From Paramoeba atlantica (taxonomy: Eukaryota > Protista > Discosea), in assembly GCA_977017575.1 (NCBI GenBank), contig CDRNVI010000088.1, positions 84,728-148,727 on the forward strand: a stretch of DNA of 64,000 bases, given 5' to 3'. The position numbers and the translations under genes were made by a program. Shown in pieces: positions 39,007-50,979 of the stretch (positions are counted from its first letter, which is position 1; every line of letters begins with the position of its first letter). The notes under the pieces are model-generated. The model was not told where the DNA came from, did not search any database, and saw nothing but the letters and a program-made list of their open reading frames with translations.

Positions 39007-40647
39007 TCACTCCTGAAGATCATCGGAATCCTCTATTTCGTCGTCGTTGTTACTGACGCAAGTGTCGCCAGACACAGAATGATTATCTGCTGACACAACG
39101 TCGTAATATTCTTCTCGTAAATGTTTTTTCCACCCTTCAGGATCAGCAGCATTATACGATGACCAAAGCGAAGCTACGAAATGCTTCGGTAGACTTCGCT
39201 TTTTTCTTTCATATTTCGCTTCAATAGAAGGAGCTGAGGTTCTTGCTATTTTCTTACTTAAAGGAAGGATTCTATTTCCGTCTACTGCCAATTTAGACCT
39301 CCAGTTTCTTGAACCACTATGAATATTTTTTGTTTCAAGAATTGTTGGGAGGGAGTCACTCTTTTTCGATTCTTTGGTAGGTGGGAGTGCATCAGGAAGA
39401 AGTAGTTCATCACAAAAAAGAATAGAGTGCAATAAACAATCATCTTCATCCTGACGCCATTTCGTGTAAGAAACAGAACATTTCGGCATAAAGGGAGGAG
39501 CTGTGCACGGTTGCCATTTTTTAGCAACATTTGGATTAGCGTTGAAAGTACGATATGCACAGATGACACATTCCAAAGGAAGTATTTCTCGCACAAAGAA
39601 GTTTGAGGATGATGTTGGAATGATTTCGTCCGCACACGCTATGTCCAAATAGACAGCGGCTGCGCCTTCTATGTTTTCTGCATCAAAAAATTGAAGCATG
39701 TTATGATGAAAAAAAGAAAGCAAACGCATTCCTGACACTTCTGGCAAACTGTATAATATTTCTTGCACAGTATAAGGTCTTCCGTAGAGAAAACGTGCCG
39801 TTGCATGACCTATATTCAGATAAGCATCTCTATTCTGCGGGTTCGGAATTACACTGGTTTGCTTTACTGGTTCTTTATCGATGTCGATAACGTCGACACC
39901 TTTCTTTGGCAAGAGTATACCAGTTTGCTGGTGCGACGGTTCGGCTTTCGTAGTCTTACGTGAAGATCGGTACTTTAGAAGAACCCACTGCAGTTGCACG
40001 GTAGCAGCACGAATATCACCTGCATCCTCCGCTATGCCCGAAATTGTGTCTCTGATCCCAATTTCGGAAGAAAAATGGCAAAGGTTCGTTATGTGTTCCA
40101 GGCAACGCTTGATAGAAGCTGTCGTAACTGGTGGGACACGTATGAATTCCACATTCGAGGATACCAAAAACTGTTCCGAAAACCACTCTCGCAGTGCGGT
40201 TCGTTCGCTGTAGACGTCTGAGGTGGTGCACATAAAAATCGCTTTGATTCGTGCCTCACGTACTTGAGCAAGAAATCGGTCGGTTAATCTGTCTCGAAAC
40301 GCCCTCTGCAATGGACATGTACTTTGAGGAATAACATTTTCGAATACCGTCACGTAGGATCTATTGTCTAGAGAGCTATTCAGCAGAAGCGCAAGCTCAC
40401 GAATAGTCCACTCCTCATTAAACACTCTTCTACAAGAAATCTGTCTTTCTGCAATCATTAAGTCCATCGAAGTGCGCTTGCCGCATCCTGGAGGACCGTG
40501 TACAACAAGAACTAACCCGTTCGAAGAATTCATCATCCTGTCGACAGCATTATTAATTTCTTTATTTTTTTGGTGAGATAGTGTACTGCGAGCAATAGGA
40601 ACTGCCTTATGTTTTATATTACAAAAGAGACATGACGCACCAACCAT
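39007..40647 (-). CDS. RAD17: RAD17/Rad24-like checkpoint clamp loader (AAA+)
   Basis: VVHGPPGCGK, GDIRAATVQLQW, RDAYLNIGHATARFLYG, FFHHNMLQFF, acidic DDEIEDSD tail; divergent. Confidence 0.72.
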   Translation of the reverse strand: MVGASCLFCNIKHKAVPIARSTLSHQKNKEINNAVDRMMNSSNGLVLVVHGPPGCGKRTSMDLMIAERQISCRRVFNEEWTIRELALLLNSSLDNRSYVTVFENVIPQSTCPLQRAFRDRLTDRFLAQVREARIKAIFMCTTSDVYSERTALREWFSEQFLVSSNVEFIRVPPVTTASIKRCLEHITNLCHFSSEIGIRDTISGIAEDAGDIRAATVQLQWVLLKYRSSRKTTKAEPSHQQTGILLPKKGVDVIDIDKEPVKQTSVIPNPQNRDAYLNIGHATARFLYGRPYTVQEILYSLPEVSGMRLLSFFHHNMLQFFDAENIEGAAAVYLDIACADEIIPTSSSNFFVREILPLECVICAYRTFNANPNVAKKWQPCTAPPFMPKCSVSYTKWRQDEDDCLLHSILFCDELLLPDALPPTKESKKSDSLPTILETKNIHSGSRNWRSKLAVDGNRILPLSKKIARTSAPSIEAKYERKKRSLPKHFVASLWSSYNAADPEGWKKHLREEYYDVVSADNHSVSGDTCVSNNDDEIEDSDDLQE

Positions 40648-41222
40648 CGCGTATTGCGTCTTGTACTGAAAATGTTTTCCACCTCCTTTTCACGGTGATA
40701 TTCCCGATTTACGTTGAGTCAAACTGCTCAATAAGCAAATCCATAACACTTCGACGATACGGCATGTTCACAGCATAGTTCGTTCTGTATTTTCTGTAGA
40801 TAGAACAAAATGTATTACATGCATAATAGATAATTTCGCATGAGCTCTACTTGAACAGTCTATATCAAAGTATGATGTGCACTAAATCAAAAGTTTAAAG
40901 CAGTCATAACAGGAATGTTGTACATGAAGGCCCAAATATACGAATTCCTGGTGACAACCATCACTCAAGAAGATGATACCAGCCACAATATCAAAAATTG
41001 TAGTGAAATAGATATGCGTATAAACAGGTCGTCTAGGACTAACGCATAAATCGAGGTGCATAGTACATAGAAATTTGATGTCCAACTTAAGTTAAGCATT
41101 TGCCAAATGACCAGTTTCTATTTATCACTGGCCCTTCTGAGTTAGACTGCGTGTCTTGTGAGATATTTTTTTGGTCTTGTGAGATATTACTACCCATGGT
41201 TAAAAAGTCTTCGAACAAAATT

Positions 41223-41531
41223 TTAAGCAAAATTAGACACGCGCTGGAATAAAAATTCTGCGACGTCATCAATTCTTTTGTTAGTTCTTTCGTTGATTCG
41301 ACTTGCACTTGAAAGTATGGGGACTTCTTCGTAGACTAAATCACATGCCGATTTCTTGTACTCTTCAAGCTCATTATTTCTCTCAGCTTGAAAGGCAATA
41401 ATCTCTGTTTCAGCATCTTTGCGTGCCTGACGCAATCTTTGCTGTTTATTCTTTTTGGCCTCTTGAACTATTTCGTTTCGTCGTTTCTCTGCCACCAAAA
41501 TGCGTTGAACGAATTCTGTTTGACGAGACAT
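41223..41531 (-). CDS. VMA10: V-type ATPase subunit G
   Basis: VQRILVAEKRRNEIVQEAKKNKQQRLRQARKDAETEI. Likely start MSRQT at 41531. Confidence 0.88.
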   Translation of the reverse strand: MSRQTEFVQRILVAEKRRNEIVQEAKKNKQQRLRQARKDAETEIIAFQAERNNELEEYKKSACDLVYEEVPILSSASRINERTNKRIDDVAEFLFQRVSNFA

Positions 41532-41870
41532 GATATGAGTTAATGAAGGAAAATGCGTAAGATGAGTATAAATACTGCATACCTGCGACAACGAGCCATA
41601 TAATTAATATTGCTTTACTTAATAATTACTTATTTGTTGTAATAATTAAGAAATTTGTTTTAATTGTAGCCGTTATTTATTCAAAAAGGTCAGCAAGGCC
41701 TTGACAGACACAATTCTCTTCTATAAAAGAGAATAAAGATAGCGAGACTTTTACAAAGTACTGGAATGATCGCTGAGGAAGCACAGTGTACACAAAATTG
41801 GGACACATAAACTGGCTTAATAGCACAGAATGTGACATTCTGTGTTGCAAATGAAATTCCTTCCTTAAAA

Positions 41871-44855
41871 CTATTCAACGTGAAGAAAGGGGTGACTAAG
41901 CAAGTTAGACAGACTTGGCCTCGTCATAGGATGACAAGTAAGAGCAAGTGAGCAGAATGACTCTGCAAGGTATCTCTCTTGCTCATCCCCCACTGTTCTC
42001 GTCAGTTGTTTTTCCCATTCACGTTCCTGAAAGAACTTGCCAGTCAGCATGACAGTGACCATACAACCAATAGCCCGAACGTATGTGAAAGGATCTCGAG
42101 AGTGTGCATTGTGCGCATGGTAGCGATAGACTTCTGGGACGTCTGAGAAACTGCATTTATCTGCACTCGTATCAAGTGGGAGACAGAAGCCACTTACCCG
42201 ACATCTACTCCCAATAAGAATAATGTTTTTCAAACATATATTACCATGAGAATGTCCACTGCGTTGCAAGAATGCGGCATCGAGACATATATCTCGTGCA
42301 TATTTTCGAACCAACAGCATAGGCAGATTCCCAAAACAATCTAAGACATAGGAAAGGCTATTTCCATACGTGTAATCTTGGACAGCTGTGATACTATCTT
42401 CTCGGACAACGTATCTTAAATATGGTGTAAGATTATTGTGTCGAAGAAAACGAATTTGGTGCAGAATAAAAAGCTTTTCCGTGAGTGGCAAATTATTGAC
42501 ATGAAAAAAGGATGTTCCTGACAGCAGTTTCGGAGAAACAAGCTTGATAACTGAACCGTAGTTGTCCAGACCACTGTCCCCAGATGGTAGTAGAACACAT
42601 TGACTTTCACTGCCTTGATATTCAGAAGTTTTACTCCTTGAAATAGTGCGAGGAACATTTTCAAAATCGCTTGCGTTGGGTGGTGACGAGATAGGAGAAA
42701 TCGTATAACATTTGCTACTCGGTGAGTAAAAAGATTGAACGGAATTTAAAATTATTGGTATTTTTGAGGCTTCGTTAAAAATATGGCAGTGCGTTGTTCT
42801 CAGAACGGTCCTCTTAAAATACTGACAATACCACAGGCACGAATTCCTTGCAAAAATTTCTTTGATGACGAAACCCTGCCCCTTTACGGAACCAGAAGTT
42901 TCTGCGACTTTTTTCAACGTGTCGTAAATTCGACGCATAGACTTGGAAAGGGAATGTGACAAGGAACAACCATAAATTATATCTTTATCGGGTTTTTGAC
43001 TTGCTATTCCTTCTGCTAGCTCGCACGCAACCATGCGCTGCTTTACAAGGAGTCGGTTTTTTTTGTAGTGATCTGTAACTTTCCATACAATAGGAAAAGA
43101 GAGCATAAGCATGAGAACTATAATCGTGCTAAGTATTAGAGCAGTAATGATTGCTTCCGAAAGAGGAAATTTTACGGAGACTGGTATACAAAACTCTTGT
43201 CCTCTAATAGGCTGATAGGTCCCCACAGGGCATGGCTCACACTCCCCACATGATTCTAACCACCGCGTGTTGAATTGGCATTCGTCACGTAACAAAGGAG
43301 GTAGAAGAAAAGGAGTTCGATTTCCCGAATGACGATAATCACCTCGAATACGGTACCCTTGGTGTAGACTACGTTTATTGATTTGATACATCCACTGTAT
43401 GCAGAACGTCTGTAGCGAAGTCCGCGTAGAGAAATGCAAAAACTTGTAAATTAAATCAGAACCAGATAACAGATTGACCTCGTATTTCGTCACATTCTCT
43501 AAAAGGACCACCTCATAAAGAATATTTCTCTTTAGAGAGTTCCACCTACTCTCGCTACGATTGTATACTTCGACATTCAATAATCGTGTACTATTAACTG
43601 AGCTATGTTCTACAGCGTCGTATTCCATGCGTAGGCCGCTCATTTGAAGTGGCATCCGGGGTAAGCTCCATATGCTACTATTCAACAACAACCAGATTTG
43701 AGACCCGTATAAATAATGCTTAGAGACATGTATATAATCAGGCATATAAGTCCAGACTTGTGACGGAGCAGCATCCTGAACCCCGTTAACTTCTTGAGCA
43801 AGTCTGGAGGGTATCAGGACAATATCTGGCGAGAAGAGAGGATTCCCGGCGTATACAGCATCTGCAAGAAAATTTCCAGCACTACATTCTTGCTGCAAAC
43901 ATATGGTTCTCGGCTGACGATCAGCGCTAATAACCTTTCCGAGAACTGTATCAATTTCTCGCTGCAATGTTTTAGAGTCGTTTGCAAACTGGTGTGGGTA
44001 TCTAACATTAACTGTGCTGGCGTCATTCACAGTCAGTAAAGAAACGGAATGTATATTTCTTTGAGAGAAATCCCAGTCCAAACAGAAAAGGGATACTATC
44101 TCTGCATTGACTGTAACATGATGTGTAAACTTTCTTTTAGAGTGTTCGTAAGTTGCGTTCGGTCTCAAAAACAATAACACATCAACATATGGACTGTCGA
44201 TGAAACGCAGTTTTGTGGCACTTATGATTGAGCGGACAAGGAGAATTGTTAAATCAGGCAGATAAGTATTATGCAGAGCACGAATCATCGGCTCTAGGTC
44301 CTTGAAGTACGCTTCTCCAGGATCGAATAAACTAATGAAAAGCACCTCATGGGAACCTATTCGCTTTAACGTAGCAGGATGTAAAATTGTTGCGAGCAGT
44401 GGATTAATTTCTTCTTGAACCAAAAGCGTGATAGCGGGTGGGATTTTTCTTTTTTTCACTGCAAACCATGAATTTACGCGATCGTCATTGGTGTTTAGCA
44501 TAATGGCAGAGCGCAACACGTAAGCATCAATGGTCACGTCACTTTCTAGTTTGTGGTTTAAACCAAACAATAAGCAATGTGAACTCACAAGGGCTGATTC
44601 GTCGTCCACTGTCACCATTGTGAACGTTCTATCAGAACCCCCAGGGGCATCCTTCTGGGCGCTACGTATTGCAGCGTTGCGATTAGCCCACCCCGACACG
44701 CAGGGGTACGCATCGGAAACACCACATGGATTCCCAGAAAGCTCATTGTACGGAAGCAATGAGTGCGAGATAGAAAAAATGCAGCGAACGGAATCTTCGT
44801 TTGAAAATATGCACGTGCACAGCAACAGCTGTGCCAACAAATGCGAAAATATCAT
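41871..44855 (-). CDS. Single-pass receptor-like pseudokinase: 5'-nucleotidase-like ectodomain + Cys-rich GCC/ephrin-like repeat + TM + STE11-like kinase fold
   Basis: Signal peptide; ECSAGNFLADAV and LQMSGLRMEYD...LLNVEV (5'-NT C-domain); CEPCPVGTYQPIRGQEFC; TM AIITALILSTIIVLMLMLSFPIV; DYTYGNSLSYVLDCFGNLP...HGNICLKNIIL...SGFC. Confidence 0.75.
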   Translation of the reverse strand: MIFSHLLAQLLLCTCIFSNEDSVRCIFSISHSLLPYNELSGNPCGVSDAYPCVSGWANRNAAIRSAQKDAPGGSDRTFTMVTVDDESALVSSHCLLFGLNHKLESDVTIDAYVLRSAIMLNTNDDRVNSWFAVKKRKIPPAITLLVQEEINPLLATILHPATLKRIGSHEVLFISLFDPGEAYFKDLEPMIRALHNTYLPDLTILLVRSIISATKLRFIDSPYVDVLLFLRPNATYEHSKRKFTHHVTVNAEIVSLFCLDWDFSQRNIHSVSLLTVNDASTVNVRYPHQFANDSKTLQREIDTVLGKVISADRQPRTICLQQECSAGNFLADAVYAGNPLFSPDIVLIPSRLAQEVNGVQDAAPSQVWTYMPDYIHVSKHYLYGSQIWLLLNSSIWSLPRMPLQMSGLRMEYDAVEHSSVNSTRLLNVEVYNRSESRWNSLKRNILYEVVLLENVTKYEVNLLSGSDLIYKFLHFSTRTSLQTFCIQWMYQINKRSLHQGYRIRGDYRHSGNRTPFLLPPLLRDECQFNTRWLESCGECEPCPVGTYQPIRGQEFCIPVSVKFPLSEAIITALILSTIIVLMLMLSFPIVWKVTDHYKKNRLLVKQRMVACELAEGIASQKPDKDIIYGCSLSHSLSKSMRRIYDTLKKVAETSGSVKGQGFVIKEIFARNSCLWYCQYFKRTVLRTTHCHIFNEASKIPIILNSVQSFYSPSSKCYTISPISSPPNASDFENVPRTISRSKTSEYQGSESQCVLLPSGDSGLDNYGSVIKLVSPKLLSGTSFFHVNNLPLTEKLFILHQIRFLRHNNLTPYLRYVVREDSITAVQDYTYGNSLSYVLDCFGNLPMLLVRKYARDICLDAAFLQRSGHSHGNICLKNIILIGSRCRVSGFCLPLDTSADKCSFSDVPEVYRYHAHNAHSRDPFTYVRAIGCMVTVMLTGKFFQEREWEKQLTRTVGDEQERYLAESFCSLALTCHPMTRPSLSNLLSHPFLHVE

Positions 44856-45805
44856 TGTCTTTGAAGAAATCCAGACTATTACAAACTTCCAAGCTGTACC
44901 ATTGGCCCAGAGACACAGAAAAACGTAGGCAAACGCAAGGCTAAATCATGAACGGTTGCTCAGAAAAAAGCGAGCAGTGGTAGTTCTCTTCAAGCGTCAA
45001 AAGTCTGTACAATGCGCAAATAAATGAGAACAATGTACATACAGCTTTAGTTAAGAGTGTTCTGCCAAAACTACACCGGAACGCCACTCATTTCATAATC
45101 CGCAATAATTCCATGTGAAGATCAAAAGTAGTGAAGACTGTGAAATAGGGGAAAATAGAAAAGAACGAATAACTTTAATTTGAATTCACATTAAACGGTG
45201 AACAGTAGAAAAACAAGTGGAGGTATCGTATAAATCACAAAGAGAAAGAATAATAAAAATCCAATTTTCGGAAATTCACTTTCGCTTACAAATCATTTTT
45301 ATAAGCATCCCTAAAAGATAGATTTATAAGCCTTGAACTTCATACACGAGTAATACCGCAAAGGAATACCAAAAGATGGTCATACCAAAGCTTTTTCCAT
45401 AAACCGTAGCGCCTTGACATAAAGTCCACCTTTAATAATAACATAATTTCGAAATATGTGAGTACAAAGGGAGAGTACTAAAAATAGAATGCAGGATATT
45501 CATACACCATCAAGGAGCTCTTTAAAATTGCATGAAGAATGTTCTTCGGCATGTTTGTTTAATTGCGTGAAAAGGTTTCCTACTTGAAACTAATATAACG
45601 TCGTGAACTGCTATATGCAAATAATTGCTTGAATTCGCACAAAACAAAAGATATTGCAGGAGCAAAGTGTCATATCTTGCTCAACCTGGCGATTATCTTG
45701 CATTTCAGCGTTCCTTGAACTTAATTCGTAAAAAGCAAAAAGACCAAATTTAGCAATTGATTTCCTTCCCCGAATGTGATCTCATAGGATCAGCCGATAA
45801 GCGAC

Positions 45806-47923
45806 TTAATCGACCTCCTGCATACGTCCTTCGCCCTCCGCAAGATCGTCAGCATCCATTTCCGAGCTGGCCGCCACGGGGGCAGGGGGAAGCTCGTCGT
45901 CATCGATGGAGAGGCCGAGTTTCACCATGCGGTGGATGCGTTCGCCGTAGGAGGAAGGATCTTCAAGGTTAAACCCTGAGGTCAACAACGCGGTATCGAA
46001 GAGGAGCATGACGAGATCCTTCACGGTCTTGTCGTTCTGATCAGTATCCGCTTTACGTCGGAGCTCCTTAATAATGCTGTGGTGCGGATTGATCTCCATT
46101 GTCTTCTTTGACACCATGTACGAGGACATGGAAGCGTCTCGCAGGGCTTGGTGCTTCATGATCTGTTCCATGTGTGCACTCCACCCGTGTTCAGAGGTAA
46201 CCAGGATACAGGGGGAGGTCGCCAAGCGCTCGGTGAGCACAACCTTGTCCACCTTCTCACCAAGAATCTCTTTGATCGTCGTGCAAAGCTTCTCGAAGGA
46301 CGCTTCGTTCTCCTCCCGTGCCTTCTTCTCCTCCTCCGTTTCTTCAAACTTGACGCCCTCCTTGGTGAGACACACGAATTTCTTATCCTCAAAGTCCTTG
46401 AGCTGCTGCATGACGTATTCATCAATGGGATCCACCATGAACAGGACTTCCATATCACGCCGCTTGGCTTCTTCGAGGAAGGGGGATGTCTCAAGCTTCT
46501 TGCGACTGTCTCCCGTGATGTAGTAGATGCTCTTCTGGCCCTCCTTCATGCGGGTGACGTAGTCCTTCAAGCTCGTAGCATCTTCGCCGCTCTTCGTGCT
46601 GTTGTAGCGTAGCAGTTCGCAAAGTTTGGTTCGGTTCGTCGCATCCTCATGAATGCCAAGCTTGATGTTCTTCCCGAAGTGCTCATAGAACCTCTTGTAA
46701 CTGTCCTTATCCGCAGCAAGCTCTTCGAACAACTCCACCGCCTTCTTCACGACGTTCTTCCGGATCACCTTCAGGATTTTGTTCTGCTGCAGGTTCTCAC
46801 GGGAGATGTTCAACGGAAGGTCTTCGCTGTCGACGACGCCTCGAATGAACGCCAGCCACTCCGGACAGATCTCCTCACAGTTGTCCATAATGAAGACACG
46901 ACGCACGTACAGCTTAATGTTGTTTCGCTTGCGATTGGGCTCGAACATGTCGAATGGAGCACGCTTCGGGACGAACAGTACTGCGCGGAATTCCAGCTGC
47001 CCTTCCACGCTAAAGTGTTTGACGGAGAGATGCTCCTCCCAGTCGTTGCTGATGGTCTTGTAGAAGGCGGCGTATTCCTCCTGTGACACCTCCTTCGGGT
47101 CCTTTGTCCACAGAGGCTTGTTCTTGTTCAGCACCTCATACTCCACGGAGACGTCCTTCACCTTCTTTGTCTTCTTCTTCACCTGCTGGGGTTCCTCCGC
47201 CTCCTCTACCTTGGGCTCGTCCTCCCCTCCCTCCGGTTTCACTTCCTCCGCCTTTTCCTCCTCCGCCTCGTCGTCCGTAACTTCCTTCTCCGTGGTGCGC
47301 TCCACTTGTAGCTCGATGTCGTAGCCGATGAACTCGGAGTGCTTCTTCACGAGGTCCTTCAGTCGTCGCTCTTCCAGGTACTCCTGTTGGTCCTCCTTCA
47401 GGTGCAGCGTGATCATTGTCCCCCGCTTCACTGGGGCCGAGGGGCAGGGAGCCACGGTGAAGGTGCCACCCGCGGAGGATTCCCAAACATGCGCCTCGTC
47501 GTCATTGTGCTTCGAGACGACAGTGACTTTGTCCGCGACCAGGTAGGCCGAGTAGAACCCGACACCGAATTGTCCGATCATACTGAGGTCCGCACCCGAT
47601 TCCAGGGCCTCCATGAACGCCTTGGTGCCGGATCGAGCAATCGTGCCGAGGTTATTCACCAAGTCCGCTTTCGTCATACCCACCCCGGAGTCAATAATCG
47701 ACAACGTCTTGTTCGCCTTGTCCGCGACCAATTGAATGTGCAACTTCTCATCCGCAGAAAGAACTTCAGGGTTCGTAAGGCTTTGATACCGAATCTTATC
47801 CAGGGCGTCGGAAGAGTTGCTGATCAGCTCGCGTAAGAAAATCTCCTTATTGCTGTAAAAGGTGTTGATGATGAGAGACATCAGCTGATTGATCTCCGCT
47901 TGGAACGCAAATGTTTCCGACAT
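45806..47923 (-). CDS. HSP83: Cytosolic Hsp90 (HSP83), copy 1
   Basis: [32 protein letters not shown]...MQEVD, 705 aa from the ATG at 47923. Confidence 0.98.
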   Translation of the reverse strand: MSETFAFQAEINQLMSLIINTFYSNKEIFLRELISNSSDALDKIRYQSLTNPEVLSADEKLHIQLVADKANKTLSIIDSGVGMTKADLVNNLGTIARSGTKAFMEALESGADLSMIGQFGVGFYSAYLVADKVTVVSKHNDDEAHVWESSAGGTFTVAPCPSAPVKRGTMITLHLKEDQQEYLEERRLKDLVKKHSEFIGYDIELQVERTTEKEVTDDEAEEEKAEEVKPEGGEDEPKVEEAEEPQQVKKKTKKVKDVSVEYEVLNKNKPLWTKDPKEVSQEEYAAFYKTISNDWEEHLSVKHFSVEGQLEFRAVLFVPKRAPFDMFEPNRKRNNIKLYVRRVFIMDNCEEICPEWLAFIRGVVDSEDLPLNISRENLQQNKILKVIRKNVVKKAVELFEELAADKDSYKRFYEHFGKNIKLGIHEDATNRTKLCELLRYNSTKSGEDATSLKDYVTRMKEGQKSIYYITGDSRKKLETSPFLEEAKRRDMEVLFMVDPIDEYVMQQLKDFEDKKFVCLTKEGVKFEETEEEKKAREENEASFEKLCTTIKEILGEKVDKVVLTERLATSPCILVTSEHGWSAHMEQIMKHQALRDASMSSYMVSKKTMEINPHHSIIKELRRKADTDQNDKTVKDLVMLLFDTALLTSGFNLEDPSSYGERIHRMVKLGLSIDDDELPPAPVAASSEMDADDLAEGEGRMQEVD

Positions 47924-48392
47924 TGTGGAATGCAGTGGAAAGAGAGGAAAATGAAAAAGAAGGCTAGTATTTCTGTGTGAAATCGGTGAATATGGCTGCA
48001 AGAACAGTTCGAATAAGGTCTAGCAAAGTATACAAGCAAGGAAGAAGAGGTTCCAATATAAATCCCGAATATTGCCAACATTAACTTTAAAAAGGAGTAC
48101 TTATCATATGAGTATATCATAGTTTATACCATCACCCAGTCGCCTAAAGTTGCGTGAATAACTTTACTGTTTGAAACTAGCATAAGATGAACAATTGTCA
48201 TGCGTAACGAACTGCTTTGATTCGCACAAAACAAAAGATATTGCAGGAGCAAAGTGTCATATCTTGCTCAACCTGGCGATTATCTTGCAGTTCAGCGTTC
48301 CTTGAACTTAATTCGTAAAAAGCAAAAAGATCAAATTTAGCAATTGATTTCCTTCCCCGAATGTGATCTCATAGGATCAACCGATAAGCGAC

Positions 48393-50510
48393 TTAATCGA
48401 CCTCCTGCATACGTCCTTCGCCCTCCGCAAGATCGTCAGCATCCATTTCCGAGCTGGCCGCCACGGGGGCAGGGGGAAGCTCGTCGTCATCGATGGAGAG
48501 GCCGAGTTTCACCATGCGGTGGATGCGTTCGCCGTAGGAGGAAGGATCTTCAAGGTTAAACCCTGAGGTCAACAACGCGGTATCGAAGAGGAGCATGACG
48601 AGATCCTTCACGGTCTTGTCGTTCTGATCAGTATCCGCTTTACGTCGGAGCTCCTTAATAATGCTGTGGTGCGGATTGATCTCCATTGTCTTCTTTGACA
48701 CCATGTACGAGGACATGGAAGCGTCTCGCAGGGCTTGGTGCTTCATGATCTGTTCCATGTGTGCACTCCACCCGTGTTCAGAGGTAACCAGGATACAGGG
48801 GGAGGTCGCCAAGCGCTCGGTGAGCACAACCTTGTCCACCTTCTCACCAAGAATCTCTTTGATCGTCGTGCAAAGCTTCTCGAAGGATGCTTTGTTCTCC
48901 TCCCGTGCCTTCTTCTCCTCCTCCGTTTCTTCAAACTTGACGCCCTCCTTGGTGAGACACACGAATTTCTTATCCTCAAAGTCCTTGAGCTGCTGCATGA
49001 CGTATTCATCAATGGGATCCACCATGAACAGGACTTCCATATCACGCCGCTTGGCTTCTTCGAGGAAGGGGGATGTCTCAAGCTTCTTGCGACTGTCTCC
49101 CGTGATGTAGTAGATGCTCTTCTGGCCCTCCTTCATGCGGGTGACGTAGTCCTTCAAGCTCGTAGCATCTTCGCCGCTCTTCGTGCTGTTGTAGCGTAGC
49201 AGTTCGCAAAGTTTGGTTCGGTTCGTCGCATCCTCATGAATGCCAAGCTTGATGTTCTTCCCGAAGTGCTCATAGAACCTCTTGTAACTGTCCTTATCCG
49301 CAGCAAGCTCTTCGAACAGCTCCACCGCCTTCTTCACGACGTTCTTCCGGATCACCTTCAGGATTTTGTTCTGCTGCAGGTTCTCACGGGAGATGTTCAA
49401 CGGAAGGTCTTCGCTGTCGACGACGCCTCGAATGAACGCCAGCCACTCCGGACAGATCTCCTCACAGTTGTCCATAATGAAGACACGACGCACGTACAGC
49501 TTAATGTTGTTTCGCTTGCGATTGGGCTCGAACATGTCGAATGGAGCACGCTTCGGGACGAACAGTACTGCGCGGAATTCCAGCTGCCCTTCCACGCTAA
49601 AGTGTTTGACGGAGAGATGCTCCTCCCAGTCGTTGCTGATGGTCTTGTAGAAGGCGGCGTATTCCTCCTGTGACACCTCCTTCGGGTCCTTTGTCCACAG
49701 AGGCTTGTTCTTGTTCAGCACCTCATACTCCACGGAGACGTCCTTCACCTTCTTTGTCTTCTTCTTCACCTGCTGGGGTTCCTCCGCCTCCTCTACCTTG
49801 GGCTCGTCCTCCCCTCCCTCCGGTTTCACTTCCTCCGCCTTTTCCTCCTCCGCCTCGTCGTCCGTAACTTCCTTCTCCGTGGTGCGCTCCACTTGTAGCT
49901 CGATGTCGTAGCCGATGAACTCGGAGTGCTTCTTCACGAGGTCCTTCAGTCGTCGCTCTTCCAGGTACTCCTGTTGGTCCTCCTTCAGGTGCAGCGTGAT
50001 CATTGTCCCCGGCTTCACTGGGGCCGAGGGGCAGGGAGCCACGGTGAAGGTGCCACCCGCGGAGGATTCCCAAACATGCGCCTCGTCGTCATTGTGCTTC
50101 GAGACGACAGTGACTTTGTCCGCGACCAGGTAGGCCGAGTAGAACCCGACACCGAATTGTCCGATCATACTGAGGTCCGCACCCGATTCCAGGGCCTCCA
50201 TGAACGCCTTGGTGCCGGATCGAGCAATCGTGCCGAGGTTATTCACCAAGTCCGCTTTCGTCATACCCACCCCGGAGTCAATAATCGACAACGTCTTGTT
50301 CGCCTTGTCCGCGACCAATTGAATGTGCAACTTCTCATCCGCAGAAAGAACTTCAGGGTTCGTAAGGCTTTGATACCGAATCTTATCCAGGGCGTCGGAA
50401 GAATTGCTGATCAGCTCGCGTAAGAAAATCTCCTTATTGCTGTAAAAGGTGTTGATGATGAGAGACATCAGCTGATTGATCTCCGCTTGGAACGCAAATG
50501 TTTCCGACAT
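48393..50510 (-). CDS. HSP83: Cytosolic Hsp90 (HSP83), copy 2
   Basis: As copy 1; private substitution VKPGT. Confidence 0.98.
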   Translation of the reverse strand: MSETFAFQAEINQLMSLIINTFYSNKEIFLRELISNSSDALDKIRYQSLTNPEVLSADEKLHIQLVADKANKTLSIIDSGVGMTKADLVNNLGTIARSGTKAFMEALESGADLSMIGQFGVGFYSAYLVADKVTVVSKHNDDEAHVWESSAGGTFTVAPCPSAPVKPGTMITLHLKEDQQEYLEERRLKDLVKKHSEFIGYDIELQVERTTEKEVTDDEAEEEKAEEVKPEGGEDEPKVEEAEEPQQVKKKTKKVKDVSVEYEVLNKNKPLWTKDPKEVSQEEYAAFYKTISNDWEEHLSVKHFSVEGQLEFRAVLFVPKRAPFDMFEPNRKRNNIKLYVRRVFIMDNCEEICPEWLAFIRGVVDSEDLPLNISRENLQQNKILKVIRKNVVKKAVELFEELAADKDSYKRFYEHFGKNIKLGIHEDATNRTKLCELLRYNSTKSGEDATSLKDYVTRMKEGQKSIYYITGDSRKKLETSPFLEEAKRRDMEVLFMVDPIDEYVMQQLKDFEDKKFVCLTKEGVKFEETEEEKKAREENKASFEKLCTTIKEILGEKVDKVVLTERLATSPCILVTSEHGWSAHMEQIMKHQALRDASMSSYMVSKKTMEINPHHSIIKELRRKADTDQNDKTVKDLVMLLFDTALLTSGFNLEDPSSYGERIHRMVKLGLSIDDDELPPAPVAASSEMDADDLAEGEGRMQEVD

Positions 50511-50979
50511 TGTGGAATGCAGTGGAAAGAGAGGAAAATGAAAAAGAAGGCTAGTATTTCTGTGTGAAATCGGTGAATATGGCTGCAAGAACAGTTCGAA
50601 TAAGGTCTAGCAAAGTATACAAGCAAGGAAGAAGAGGTTCCAATATAAATCCCGAATATTGCCAACATTAACTTTAAAAAGGAGTACTTATCATATGAGT
50701 ATATCATAGTTTATACCATCACCCAGTCGCCTAAAGTTGCGTGAATAACTTTACTGTTTGAAACTAGCATAAGATGAACAATTGTCATGCGTAACGAACT
50801 GCTTTGATTCGCACAAAACAAAAGATATTGCAGGAGCAAAGTGTCATATCTTGCTCAACCTGGCGATTATCTTGCAGTTCAGCGTTCCTTGAACTTAATT
50901 CGTAAAAAGCAAAAAGATCAAATTTAGCAATTGATTTCCTTCCCCGAATGTGATCTCATAGGATCAACCGATAAGCGAC

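Noticed and set aside
40882-41308. Two small minus-strand ORFs between RAD17 and V-ATPase G, with a 15-bp duplication (aatatctcacaagac x2)
   Set aside because: No recognisable motif; one overlaps the V-ATPase G 3' end; probably UTR.
1-45000. Prokaryotic operon or prophage interpretation of the co-oriented genes
   Set aside because: The genes are eukaryote-specific (Mpp10, SKP1, RPN12, Sec61-gamma, CLK and Wee1 kinases); no Shine-Dalgarno pattern.
47924-48001. 26-aa N-terminal extension of HSP83 (MQPYSPISH...) and similar extensions or non-ATG starts on Mpp10, Wee1, CLK, V-ATPase G and the transporter
   Set aside because: They translate the pyrimidine-rich 5' UTR/splice region; homologues start at the downstream ATG.
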